From contig JAJYXO010000029.1 in assembly GCA_021801765.1 (NCBI GenBank), forward strand, positions 1-45,435: a stretch of DNA of 45,435 bases, read 5' to 3'. Below the pieces are notes generated by a model, which saw only the letters and a list, made by a program, of their open reading frames with translations, did not search any database and had not been told where the DNA came from. Source of the DNA: Candidatus Micrarchaeota archaeon. GTDB lineage: Archaea; Micrarchaeota; Micrarchaeia; Micrarchaeales; CABMGC01. A program made the translations under genes and the position numbers. Every line of letters starts with the position of its first letter. The stretch's first letter is position 1. Below, piece by piece: positions 34,568 to 44,600 of this stretch.

Positions 34568-35623
34568 ATGGAGCGATTGCGCCCTCTGCTTAGTTTCTCT
34601 TATACTGCGTTAAAGAGCAATCTCTCAGAGCTAAGCTCTCCATACAAGCTTAACTTTGCAGTTACGCTAAAGTGCCAGTCGCGTTGCTTAACGTGCAACA
34701 TATGGCAACTAAAACCTAAAGGCGAACTCTCTATAGAAGAAATAAGGGAACTGGCTTCAAAGAACAGGTCATTCAAGTGGCTGGCCATTACTGGTGGCGA
34801 ACCATTTCTCAGGAGCGACATTACTGAAATAGTGCGCGCATTTGCAGAGGCTTCAAATCTCTACATGCTCACGCTGCCTACCAACTCTCTCTGCAACTCT
34901 GGTATAGTTCTCTCAAAGCTCAAGGAGATGCTCGAAAGAGGCGTACCACACACTGTCATCACAGTCAGCATTGATGGCAGTGAAGAGATGCATGATACGA
35001 TACGAGGCATCAAAGGAAATTATAGAAAGGCGATTTCGCTATTCGATTTAATGCATAACATGCAGGATGAATATAAAAATCTCTCAGTAGTCTTCGGGTA
35101 TACCATGAGCAGATTCAACCAAGGAAGGTTCATGGAAACCTTCGAATCTGTCAAAAACGAACTTCCCTATGTAACCTGCTCTGATTTCCACATTAACATA
35201 GCCCAGAACTCCGGCAATTACTACAGAAATGCTTTGGAACACATAGCTGTGGAACGATCTGCAGCCGAATTGGAACTTTCCAACATACTATCAATGCGTA
35301 GGAACAGAGGCATCACCGATGCCATAGAAGGAGCTTTTATAAAGGGCATGCTGTACTTCGTAAGGAATGGCAGACCGCCGTTGAGGTGCAGGAGCCTTGA
35401 CGCGTCGATCTTCATGGACAGCTTCGGAGACATTTATCCTTCTATAATGTGGGATATGAAGATCGGCAACGTTAGGGAAGCAGATTATCATATTGGACCC
35501 ATACTTCTCTCCGAAGCCGCCGCCCATGCTAAGGAAATGATTCGCAGCGGAAAAGATCCCTCGCATTGGACATCATGCGAAGCATACCAGGCTCTTATAG
35601 GGCATCTTCCTAGCCTTCTCTAA
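34568..35623 (+). CDS. Radical SAM protein (possible SPASM/twitch C-terminal extension)
   Basis: CQSRCLTCNIW (CxxxCxxC), GGEPFL, and additional C-terminal Cys residues. Confidence 0.7.
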   Translation: MERLRPLLSFSYTALKSNLSELSSPYKLNFAVTLKCQSRCLTCNIWQLKPKGELSIEEIRELASKNRSFKWLAITGGEPFLRSDITEIVRAFAEASNLYMLTLPTNSLCNSGIVLSKLKEMLERGVPHTVITVSIDGSEEMHDTIRGIKGNYRKAISLFDLMHNMQDEYKNLSVVFGYTMSRFNQGRFMETFESVKNELPYVTCSDFHINIAQNSGNYYRNALEHIAVERSAAELELSNILSMRRNRGITDAIEGAFIKGMLYFVRNGRPPLRCRSLDASIFMDSFGDIYPSIMWDMKIGNVREADYHIGPILLSEAAAHAKEMIRSGKDPSHWTSCEAYQALIGHLPSLL

Positions 35624-35630
35624 ATCCCTT

Positions 35631-37193
35631 TTACGTATTATTCTTTCCGACAGAGTACTCATAGACATTATACCAATAGAAATTATCTCCCCAATTGCTG
35701 AAGAGCGTGTAGTTTCTCAACCAACTCTCCATAACCGGCGAATAAACGAGCGAGAGAGAACAGCTCTTATACCCTGTCACGTTCCCCACAATGAATGAGC
35801 CATTACTCAGATCCATGGAGTTTATAGTTTCGCATCCTATCGACCCGAAAGGGTACCCCTGCGCCATTTCCGGCACATGCCTTGAATCTACATAATAGCT
35901 AAGCGGAACTGCGTATGGCATGTACACCTTCGCTCCCGCATGCTGCGAATTGATATAGCTGCCTATCTGCATCAAAGGCTCTGTAGCGCTGAGTTGTGAA
36001 TAATCTATGTACCTTGCATCAGCAATTGCAGATATCACCAAAAGAAACCCTATCGCTGCTGAGGCAGTTTGTATTGCCATCTTTTTAGGAGCCTTCATTC
36101 TCCCTGCCCTCCTGATAACCTCTGCAAGCGCTATTCCAACAATGAGTGTAATAGGAGGTATAAACATAAGCGCGTACCTTGGGCCTATGTAAAGCACAGG
36201 TATATACTTCTCAAAACTTATGCTTCCAAACCCTAAGTAAAGAATAGAGATCAGCAGCCAATATGCCAGTATAGTTCCTTTCCTGAACCTGATTGCAGCT
36301 AGATATGCGCCTGCTACAACAACAGCATAGCCAAAGTAACCAAACGCAAGGCTGCCAAGGGTAACAGGGTCTGTTTTCCAGTTAAGGAAGAGATCCTTAA
36401 TATAAGAGCCCATGGCCGGCTGCGTCCCTGAGAAGTACATGTTGTAATTCTGCGAATATACGCTCATCACAAAGGACGGACTTCCTCCTTCGTAGATACC
36501 TATAACTATTACTACTGCAAGCGCAGCGCAAATCCCCACCGCATAAAAGCAGAAACCTATAGAAAGGCGCCTCCTTCTCTTATATATTACCAATGAGAGT
36601 AGGTAAGCGGAGAGGAATAGGATCCCTATCGCTGCTTCGGAGACTGAAAGTAAATTTATGGCGACCACAAAGCCTGACATAAATAGATATCTATTCATAT
36701 CCTTCTCCCTTTTCAGCGCAAGAATAGCAAGCATAACTCCCAATGATACGAGCATCATCATAGGTATGTCATCTCCTACATTAGAGCTCTGGGAGAGAAC
36801 TAACGGCATTACCGAGTAAAAGAGCCCCGAGATCACTCCAGCAGCCTTCCCGTGCAGCTCCCTTCCGATAATATAAATAATTACTATGGTGGCTGAGAAG
36901 CAGAATATCCCGAAGAGCGCTGCAGAAAGCAACCCTTCTCCGAAGAGAAGAAAAAAGAAAGCTACCCCTGCAAAGATTAGATAGTTTGTGCAGTCTACTA
37001 TCGTGCACCCGATCTGCTTTACCTGCCCGTGCGCCAGAAGGCCTGCTTGTGAGAAGTAAATGTAGTTATCTGATCCATTTATCCAACTAGGCCCGTAGAA
37101 ATACGCTATGTTATTAAAAATGCCTAAGGCTATGATGGCTGCAATTGCAACGAGATGCCAATTCTCGCGCAGCCAGATGTGCCTTCTCTGCAT
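35631..37193 (-). CDS. GT-C fold membrane glycosyltransferase (GT39/GT83, PMT/ArnT-like)
   Basis: 520 aa, more than 10 TM segments across the N-terminal two thirds, soluble C-terminal domain. Family assignment is by architecture. Confidence 0.6.
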   Translation of the reverse strand: MQRRHIWLRENWHLVAIAAIIALGIFNNIAYFYGPSWINGSDNYIYFSQAGLLAHGQVKQIGCTIVDCTNYLIFAGVAFFFLLFGEGLLSAALFGIFCFSATIVIIYIIGRELHGKAAGVISGLFYSVMPLVLSQSSNVGDDIPMMMLVSLGVMLAILALKREKDMNRYLFMSGFVVAINLLSVSEAAIGILFLSAYLLSLVIYKRRRRLSIGFCFYAVGICAALAVVIVIGIYEGGSPSFVMSVYSQNYNMYFSGTQPAMGSYIKDLFLNWKTDPVTLGSLAFGYFGYAVVVAGAYLAAIRFRKGTILAYWLLISILYLGFGSISFEKYIPVLYIGPRYALMFIPPITLIVGIALAEVIRRAGRMKAPKKMAIQTASAAIGFLLVISAIADARYIDYSQLSATEPLMQIGSYINSQHAGAKVYMPYAVPLSYYVDSRHVPEMAQGYPFGSIGCETINSMDLSNGSFIVGNVTGYKSCSLSLVYSPVMESWLRNYTLFSNWGDNFYWYNVYEYSVGKNNT

Positions 37194-37718
37194 CTATGAC
37201 ACACCAAAAGTCGTATTCGTCCAGAGCTCTAGTTCCATATCTGCCTGCCTGCCGTCTATGCTAACAGGCTCGTTGATAACCTGTATGGCAAGCGCATTGT
37301 ACCTGGACGGGTTCCTCCCTATAGTAATGTTAATGCCGCTTCCGCTTATCTCTAGGAAGTAGTCGTATCCGACTCCCATTGCAGGCTTTGTTTCCTGATA
37401 ATCATAGTTTGACATTGCAGCAAGAGAGAGGACCTTTCCTGCATCAATGCCCCCTTGCCCGCCAAGGCCTATGGTTATGTTGCTCCATGTCACCGTGTTG
37501 CTTACATTCAGATCAGAATCCCAGTTTGCCGGACTACCCTGCTGCAGCATTCTTCCAGCAAGGGCCTGTAGCTGTGATTGCATGTTTCCCATGCTATTGC
37601 TATATGCGATGGAGAACTGGCCGCTGACACTAAGCCAGACGTATGTGATGATAATCATTGCAGCTATGAAGATGATCATTGCAAAAATTATGTCGAAAGA
37701 CCAGAATTGCGCCTTCAT
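37194..37718 (-). CDS. Pilin-like / class-III-signal-like secreted protein
   Basis: MKAQFWSFDIIFAMIIFIAAMIIITYVWL is a short basic N-terminus, a Q and a hydrophobic helix. Several N-x-S/T sequons. Its stop abuts the start of the GT-C gene. Confidence 0.45.
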   Translation of the reverse strand: MKAQFWSFDIIFAMIIFIAAMIIITYVWLSVSGQFSIAYSNSMGNMQSQLQALAGRMLQQGSPANWDSDLNVSNTVTWSNITIGLGGQGGIDAGKVLSLAAMSNYDYQETKPAMGVGYDYFLEISGSGINITIGRNPSRYNALAIQVINEPVSIDGRQADMELELWTNTTFGVS

Positions 37719-37773
37719 CCCATCGTATGGCTTTAAATCTTAGACTTTAAATTCTTTAGCGTGAGAAGAGAAT
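37719..37773. promoter_or_regulatory. Divergent promoter spacer with two TTTAAAT boxes
   Basis: TTTAAAT at 37732-37738 and 37746-37752. The latter lies 22-28 nt upstream of ATG 37774. Confidence 0.4.
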
Positions 37774-38505
37774 ATGGCGATTGACATTCATGGCAAGGTT
37801 GTGGATTATAAAAAATTCACCATAGTGCTGCCTACCCTAAATGAAGAAGAGACAGCGCCTAGGCTAGTGCATAAATTGATGGATAGGTACAAAGGAATAC
37901 ACATAATAGTAGAGGACGACAGCAGCGATGCCACCACAGCAGAAAAGATAAGGAAAATAGCTTCTGGTAGCAAGAGCGTTAAGATAGTCCGCAGGCGTGA
38001 AATGCAGAAGATCAAAGGTCTTTCTTCAAGCGTGATAGACGGAATACTCTCTAGCGATACCGAATACTCCATAGTTATGGATGCGGATTTCCAGCATCCA
38101 TACGAGAAGGTAGCAGATATAGCCAGAAAACTTGATGAAGGATACAACATCGTAGTGGCAAACAGGAAGGAGGTAAAAGAATGGCCGCTTTACAGGAAGA
38201 TAATATCACTCACACTGATTCGCCTAGCAGACTTTATACTAACCGCAGAAGGGAGGCAGCGGTGCGATGATGTATTCTCCGGGTTCTTCGGCGTTAGATG
38301 CAATTTCTTCGCTAACATCTACCGCAATAACAGCAAGAGATTTGTCAAGAATGGATTCAAGATCCTCTTCGACTTGCTCAAATGCATAGATAAGGGCAGC
38401 ATAAAAATATGCAATGTGCCATACTCGTTCGGAACGAGGGGAGGCGGGAGCTCAAAGGCAGGAGTCAAACAGGCTATGGCCCTATTGAAGTCTTTTATAA
38501 CCTGA
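37774..38505 (+). CDS. GT2 glycosyltransferase, dolichyl-phosphate sugar synthase (Dpm1-like)
   Basis: FTIVLPTLNEEE, IIVEDDSSDAT and VMDADFQHP (DxD). Confidence 0.8.
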   Translation: MAIDIHGKVVDYKKFTIVLPTLNEEETAPRLVHKLMDRYKGIHIIVEDDSSDATTAEKIRKIASGSKSVKIVRRREMQKIKGLSSSVIDGILSSDTEYSIVMDADFQHPYEKVADIARKLDEGYNIVVANRKEVKEWPLYRKIISLTLIRLADFILTAEGRQRCDDVFSGFFGVRCNFFANIYRNNSKRFVKNGFKILFDLLKCIDKGSIKICNVPYSFGTRGGGSSKAGVKQAMALLKSFIT

Positions 38506-38555
38506 CATCGCAGCGTACTTTCAATAGCAACTGATTTAGCCTTTTTCACATACTT

Positions 38556-39008
38556 ATGGATAAAGCGCTGATGCAGATGAAATTCAAGTATGTTTCACAT
38601 ACTGCTGACGAGGCATTTATAGCTTACGGGCCCACATTCGAAGCCGCAATAGAAAACGCTGTGCTTGCCATGCTGGGAATAGCTTTAGATACGGGGAAGC
38701 TAAGCAAAGGACCTGGGGCTCCGCGGTCAATCCTTATAAAGGAAAAAGCAGCTACGATGAATGAGCTCGCATGGTTCATCCTTCAGGACATCCTTACCGT
38801 GCGCGATGCAAGATCTATAGGAGCATACAAGTTCGATATAACCAAGTTAAGCAAAGACAGCAAGGGGTACTCTATAAGCGGAAAGCTCTGGTATAAACCG
38901 CTGAGGGAGGATTACATGCGCACTGACATCAAGGCAGTACCTGCATATGGCCTGAAAGTCTCAGAAGGAAAGAAAGGATACTCTATAAATGCCGTGATAG
39001 ATATCTAA
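38556..39008 (+). CDS. Archease
   Basis: MKFKYVSHTADEAFIAYG... (HTAD motif) with a C-terminal KAVPAYGLKV pattern. The true start may be M6 or M8 (38571/38577). Confidence 0.85.
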   Translation: MDKALMQMKFKYVSHTADEAFIAYGPTFEAAIENAVLAMLGIALDTGKLSKGPGAPRSILIKEKAATMNELAWFILQDILTVRDARSIGAYKFDITKLSKDSKGYSISGKLWYKPLREDYMRTDIKAVPAYGLKVSEGKKGYSINAVIDI

Positions 39009-39260
39009 AGCTTGACACCTGACGCATCAAAAGCAATGCGTATATATCTGCGAATTCTATATTATATATTGAAGGCAAATGAAAATTGCTCTGTGCCTGT
39101 TTGGCAGCTTTTGTTTCAATGCCTTCCAATACTGCGATGCAGTGCGATGCGGCAAAGCAGGCTGATACTTCCTTAACAAAGTGGGCGGGAAATCCCATAC
39201 CGTTTACGGGCGGAAGGATGTCACGATACTAATTTATGCATTTAAGCTACAAGGAGATAT

Positions 39261-39836
39261 ATGGGTTCCACAATCCGATGCGATTGGGCGTTAGCAGGCA
39301 AGAGTCAGATATACATCGATTATCACGATAAAGAATGGGGCGTCCCAGTGCATGACGATCGCCTCCTATTCGAGTTCCTTATCCTCGAAGGGGCTCAGGC
39401 GGGCCTGAGTTGGCTCACAGTGCTTAAAAAACGCGAAAACTATCGGAAAGCCTTCGACGGGTTCGATCCGAAGAAGATCTCCAGATATGATGAAAAGAAG
39501 ATAGAGAGCCTGCTGACAGATCCTGGGATAATAAGGAACAGGTTGAAGATAAGGGCTGCAGTAGAGAATGCAAAGAGATTTATAGAAACCCGCCAAGAAT
39601 TTGGCACTTTTGACGAATACATATGGGGTTTTATGCCAGGCAGAAGACGAATTAGGAACAGATGGGCATCTGTGAAAGAGCTGCCTGCCAGAACAAAAGA
39701 ATCCGACGCCCTCAGCAAGGACCTGCTGAAAAGAGGATTCAAATTTGTGGGCTCTACAATATGCTACGCACATATGCAGGCTACTGGAATGGTCAACGAT
39801 CACATAACACGTTGCTTCAGATACAATCAGGTTTAA
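39261..39836 (+). CDS. tag: DNA-3-methyladenine glycosylase I
   Basis: RCDWA......YHDKEWGVPVHDDRLLFEFLILEGAQAGLSWLTVLKKRENYRKAF, with a C-terminal H..C zinc-site context. Confidence 0.9.
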   Translation: MGSTIRCDWALAGKSQIYIDYHDKEWGVPVHDDRLLFEFLILEGAQAGLSWLTVLKKRENYRKAFDGFDPKKISRYDEKKIESLLTDPGIIRNRLKIRAAVENAKRFIETRQEFGTFDEYIWGFMPGRRRIRNRWASVKELPARTKESDALSKDLLKRGFKFVGSTICYAHMQATGMVNDHITRCFRYNQV

Positions 39837-39906
39837 GCCAGGGAAGGGAGTTGAACCCCTCTACGCCGCTCTGCAGGCGGCTGCATAGCCGATCTGCCAC
39901 CCTGGC
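39836..39906 (-). tRNA. tRNA-Cys(GCA)
   Basis: Reverse complement: GCCAGGG TG GCAG ATCGGCTA TGC A GCCGC CTGCAGA GCGGC GTAG AGGGG TTCAACT CCCTT CCCTGGC T. Discriminator U. Its 3' end touches the tag stop codon. Confidence 0.85.
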
Positions 39907-40031
39907 AATACTGTGTACACTCGACAAGATTCTAATGTACGTAGCAGTATCTGATATATCAAACTACATTTATAAGTTTATACGCGCCGCGCATCTATAA
40001 CTGGTCATATCACTTTCAGAACCGCTATAGG

Positions 40032-40039
40032 TTTATAAA
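40032..40039 (+). promoter_or_regulatory. TATA box (TTTATAAA) for the CBS/HPF-like gene
   Basis: Lies 23-30 nt upstream of GTG 40062 and 32-39 nt upstream of ATG 40071. Confidence 0.4.
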
Positions 40040-40061
40040 GTGTGTCGCCCAGATATAATTC

Positions 40062-41234
40062 GTGATTCGCATGCAAATTCCGTTTGAATCTATACCAAAG
40101 GAGTTTATCTCATCAACTGCTTTTTATGATTACAAAGAGCCCATCACATCTGCAGTAGACAAAATAAACAAGTACGGCGCGGTAGTAGTCACAAAAGATG
40201 GCAAATACTATGGCATTGTAGACGATAGAACTATCTCCAGGAAAGGAACGAACATATCAAAGAACATGGCCATTGGAAACTTTGCTTCAAAGCTCTATGC
40301 GCTAGGAAAGGCAGACACCCTTGAACGCGCCATTTACATTATGTACGAGTCCAGGACAAAAGCGTTGCCATATATTGACAATGGAAATGTTTCTGGGATA
40401 ATAAAAAGGGAGACAATGCTCAAGGCAATCCTTTCTTTGCATCTCCTCTCAGAATATAAGGTTGAGACGTTAATGTCCACTCCTATCCTTGCGATAGACT
40501 CCAACTCTACGGCATCGCAGGCTCAGGCTGCAATGGCGCGCGGGCAGGTTTCGCGCCTTCTTGTAACTTCTGGCCATGGTTTCGGGCTCATAACCTACAA
40601 AAGCATCTTCGGAAAGGCAGCTAAGATAAGAGAAAGGGCGCAGAAATACAGCAAAGCAGATCAGAGGGGCGGAAAATCTGGAGCCTATGCCTCTGGCGGT
40701 CCGAAAGTATACGAGCTCTCAGAGAACAATGCGCACACTATTCAATACAACGGCACAGTGGAAGATGCGATAAGGCTGATGGTAGAGCATAACATCTCTT
40801 CCCTTATAGTAGTTAAGAAAGAGAAGCCTATCGGAATAATGACAGTCAGGGATATCTTTGAAGCTATAATAAAGGAGAGCTTGGTGCATAAGGACAACAT
40901 AATGGTCTCTGGCATCGACAAATACACGCAAGAGTATGAAGGCGATATAAGAAATGCGCTAGACAAATTGGATGAGCGCATAGACCGATTCCACGATCTT
41001 AAGGCAGATGCGATAGCATTCCATGTGAAAAGGTCAAAGTCGCGCAATTACGAAATGCACCTGCGCATATGGCTAAATAAAAGAGGCGCTGTCTCTGTGC
41101 ATGCAAATGGATACTCTATAGATTCTGCGATGAAAGACCTCACTGAAAAAGCGTACAAGTTCATAAAGGAGAAAAAGGAACTGGTGCAGGCTACTGCTAG
41201 GCAAAGTAAAAGGGAGTACGATGAAGAAGAGTAG
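40062..41234 (+). CDS. Four-CBS (two Bateman modules) protein fused to a C-terminal HPF/RaiA (S30EA)-like domain
   Basis: CBS-like segments include VVVTKDGKYYGIVDDRTI, ALPYIDNGNVSGIIKRE, SRLLVTSGHGFGLITYKSI and SSLIVVKKEKPIGIMTVRDI. C-terminal about 95 aa (IMVSGIDKYTQEYEGDIRNALDKLDERIDRF...AFHVKRSKSRNYEMHLRIWLNKRGAVSVHANGYSIDSAMKDLTEKAYKFIKEKKE) parallels the E. coli HPF beta-alpha-beta-beta-beta-alpha pattern. Confidence 0.6.
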   Translation: MIRMQIPFESIPKEFISSTAFYDYKEPITSAVDKINKYGAVVVTKDGKYYGIVDDRTISRKGTNISKNMAIGNFASKLYALGKADTLERAIYIMYESRTKALPYIDNGNVSGIIKRETMLKAILSLHLLSEYKVETLMSTPILAIDSNSTASQAQAAMARGQVSRLLVTSGHGFGLITYKSIFGKAAKIRERAQKYSKADQRGGKSGAYASGGPKVYELSENNAHTIQYNGTVEDAIRLMVEHNISSLIVVKKEKPIGIMTVRDIFEAIIKESLVHKDNIMVSGIDKYTQEYEGDIRNALDKLDERIDRFHDLKADAIAFHVKRSKSRNYEMHLRIWLNKRGAVSVHANGYSIDSAMKDLTEKAYKFIKEKKELVQATARQSKREYDEEE

Positions 41235-41685
41235 GCTACAATCGAGCTTCGAGTTGTTGATGACGCTATCATTTGGACTTGCAATACTCACTCCACTGGT
41301 ACTTATAGCATTCCTACAGCTATCTAACGCGAATGTATCTCTTTCTTCTATAGAAGCACAGCAGGCCGCCGACAAGCTCGCAAGCGTCTCTGCGATAATA
41401 GGCAGCGAGGGGCCCCCTGCAAAACAGACAGTGCAGATAAACATGCCCCCAGGTGTGAAGTACATCTATGTTGGCACTTCATCAGATAATGTCGGCCATG
41501 TAATAATATTTGTAGTTATTTCCCAGACTGGCCTAAGCGATGTAACTGCATATTCTCCAATAAACGTGAGCGGCAACCTTGGAGGAATAACCTCACCTGG
41601 CACATACCTGGTTAACGTAAGCTCCGAGTCCACCTGCCCATCACAGCTAAGCGTTGGATGCGTATACCTTTCTCCAGCCGTATAG
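41221..41685 (+). CDS. Class-III signal peptide (type IV pilin-like) protein
   Basis: MKKSRLQSSFELLMTLSFGLAILTPLVLIAF has the same R-L-Q-S-x-x-E-L/Y-L-M signature as 12902. Overlaps the upstream gene by 14 nt. Confidence 0.7.
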   Translation: MKKSRLQSSFELLMTLSFGLAILTPLVLIAFLQLSNANVSLSSIEAQQAADKLASVSAIIGSEGPPAKQTVQINMPPGVKYIYVGTSSDNVGHVIIFVVISQTGLSDVTAYSPINVSGNLGGITSPGTYLVNVSSESTCPSQLSVGCVYLSPAV

Positions 41686-41694
41686 GGTGCAGAA

Positions 41695-44600
41695 GTGAGA
41701 TTACAGATATCACTCGAATTCATGCTTGTCTTCACGTTCGTCACTACAATCTTTCTATTTGTGACCACAATGGTCTTGGATCAAAAAGCTGTCATAACCA
41801 ACCAGCAGACATTTGCAAATCTTCAGATGGTGGCACAAAGCATAGCCCATCAGCTGAATATTGCATCCAAAGCAGGAAGCGGATATGCCGCCAATATACC
41901 TATATCCTCTGCGTTCGGTATAAATCTCTACAACATAACCATAACTAGATCCGGGACTGTTATAGCTTATGCAAAATATGGCCGGCAGTTCATAAACGCA
42001 GTTGCATATTCAAACTCCCAAGGCGTATACGCATCCAATGACATAAATACCAATTATCTCATGCTGCAGAACTCCTTCGGCGAGATATGTGTTGACATCA
42101 TCTGCGCAAACTCCACTTCAGGCGCTGCGCAGATAAGCCTCTCATCTATATCCACGCATGCTGCATTGCTGAATGGCAACAGCGGCTATATACAGTTGCA
42201 GTCGCAGCCTAGTTGGTCTACTGCATTGACTGTTTCAGCCTGGATAAATACTAAGGCAACACCGTCTACTGGCAACTATTTCGAGATATTCAACAACAAT
42301 CAGGTCTTTATGAGAATTTCAGGAGATCCTACGGACCATTCGGTAGACTGCTTTGTCAAACTTTCCGATGGGTCTGTGGAACCAAGGGCAACTAGCGGAA
42401 TAGTGCCTTTGCCTAATTCATGGTATATGGCCACATGTACCTGGGCAAGCAATACGCTCTCCATCTATGTTAACGGGAAATTGGAGGACACATCGTCTAG
42501 AGCAGGCACGCTTGCATCATCTACAGTAGGTCCGTATATAGGAAGCTCTGAGCAGGCTATCCTGCCTCCTCACAATACATGGAATGGGCTTATAAGCAAC
42601 GTACAGCTATATGGAACCGGACTCTCAAGCCAGCAAGTGCATTCCCTCTACCAAGAAGGGATAAACGCACAGCCAATTTCAGGAGCAGGCATCTTGGGCT
42701 GGTATCCTCTGGATGGCAACGCCAATGACTACTCCGGAAACGGCAATAACGGCTACATACATGGCCCAGTGCTCTTCCCTGCCGTGAGCGAGCTTCAGGC
42801 CAAAGCTACTAACAAAGAAGGATACGCTATCTCAAATGTGCTGATTGGCTTTGCAACAACCCTTGGCAATTTCACCTTTGGACAATCATATGCAAACTAC
42901 ACCGATGCGAATGGAATAGCAAGAGCATTCCTCACCCAGCAAGGTGCCAATGGGTATGCGAGGGTAAAGGCAACGCTATACACCGAAAACATCAGCACAT
43001 CCAACAGCCTTGTCGGCTGGTGGCCCCTCAATCTAGATCAAGGCAATTTTGCACAGGACATTAGCGGATACGGCAGCACGGCAAATATGATCTACGCTTC
43101 ATGGAGCAACCCTGCAAGCGTGGCTCAATTCAACGGGAGGGATTCTTACGTAAGCCTTGGCAACTCCCTTGTGCTTAACACAGGCCAAGTTACTGTAAGC
43201 GGCTGGGTCTACATAAACTCAACATCCGTAGATGGAAACAGACACGACTTGTTTGATGACTCTGAATCTACTTCTGATTTGGGCACCGGAGGAGGAATAG
43301 TCTTTGCCATGCCAAGCGAATCAAGCCAAGGGGAAGACATACATTTCTGGGTCACAATAAATTCCCCGCATAATTGGTATGCTGCTAATGCGCCTATCAT
43401 AACAAACAGATGGGCATTCGTAACTGGTACGTACAACGGCAGCGATGTTAACCTTTTCATAAACGGCCAGCTTGCAGATAGCTACCCTATATCCGGCAGC
43501 TTTCTCCAGCCTCAAGGTTCAAGCTTCATAGGCTCATGCGAGCAGTTTGTGCAAGGCGGATACTGCGGCGAGGCAGCAAATGGTTATGTTACAAACCCAT
43601 TCAATGGCAAAGCAGCAGACCTGCAGATATATAATATTGCGCTTACCCCGTCACAGGTTAAGACCCTCTATGGAGAAGGCATGTCTGCCCCTCCCATAAT
43701 GAGCGCAAATGCTATTGGATGGTATCCTTTGAATGGCAATGCCAATGACTACTCTGGAAACGGATACAATGGCACTATCGCTGGCGGTACGCTATTTGTG
43801 CCTCTGAACAGCCAGCAGTCAGAATCTTCAAATATCAATGCAAGCAGCATGCTAAGCGCAAGTTTCAACGGCGTTAGCAGCTATGTTGCAATACCTCCGA
43901 GCAAATCCTTAGATATAACTGGAAATGTTATCTCATTAGATGCCTGGGTGCGAATCTCCGCACCCTCGAGCCTAAGCGAGGTAATATCAAATGAACCTAC
44001 AGGCGGCGGCTACTATATGTGGATTGATAGCACATACCGCGTGCATTTCGGATTCAACCATGGAACAGGGGAGGTTGTATCTTATGCTCCGCTGCTGCAA
44101 GGCAGGTGGTACAATCTCGCTGGGGTATACAATGGCACAAAGCTCTCAATATATATTGACGGTGAAGAATCAAATTCAATATCTGCATCATTGCCAATAA
44201 GCAATGCCAATTGGACATTCATAGGCGCCTATGGCGGCAACACGGTAAGCGCATACACAGATTTCATAAAGGGCAATATCTCAGATGTTCAGATATATGA
44301 CAGCGCTCTACCTCCTGCTGATGTCTCAAGTCTCTATCAAGAGGGAATGGCAGGTCTTCCATTAAACAATGCAAACCTCTCTGGCTGGTGGACGCTGGAC
44401 GGCAGCGCCAACGACTATTCCTCCAATGCAAACACCGGCAATGCCGTAAACGTGACATACTCCTCTCAACAATCCGTACCAATTTCGATGCTATACTCCC
44501 TGAGCGGCTACGGGGCTGATTTCAACGATAGCACCATAATAGCAGCATCACCAAACTCCATGACCAACAACTGGGCCAAAGGCTGGACCATCGGAGGGTG

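Noticed and set aside
38983-39198. 71-aa minus-strand ORF and a 28-aa Cys-rich plus-strand ORF (MKIALCLFGSFCFNAFQYCDAVRCGKAG) in the archease/tag spacer
   Set aside because: There is no motif or expression signal. The region more likely holds the tag promoter and the 37-nt motif copy.
39662-40000. 112-aa plus-strand ORF
   Set aside because: It is out of frame within tag and reads antisense through tRNA-Cys.
41658-41948. 96-aa plus-strand ORF listed in the track
   Set aside because: It is an out-of-frame overlap with the end of the pilin-like gene and the start of the giant LamG ORF, which has far stronger coding evidence.
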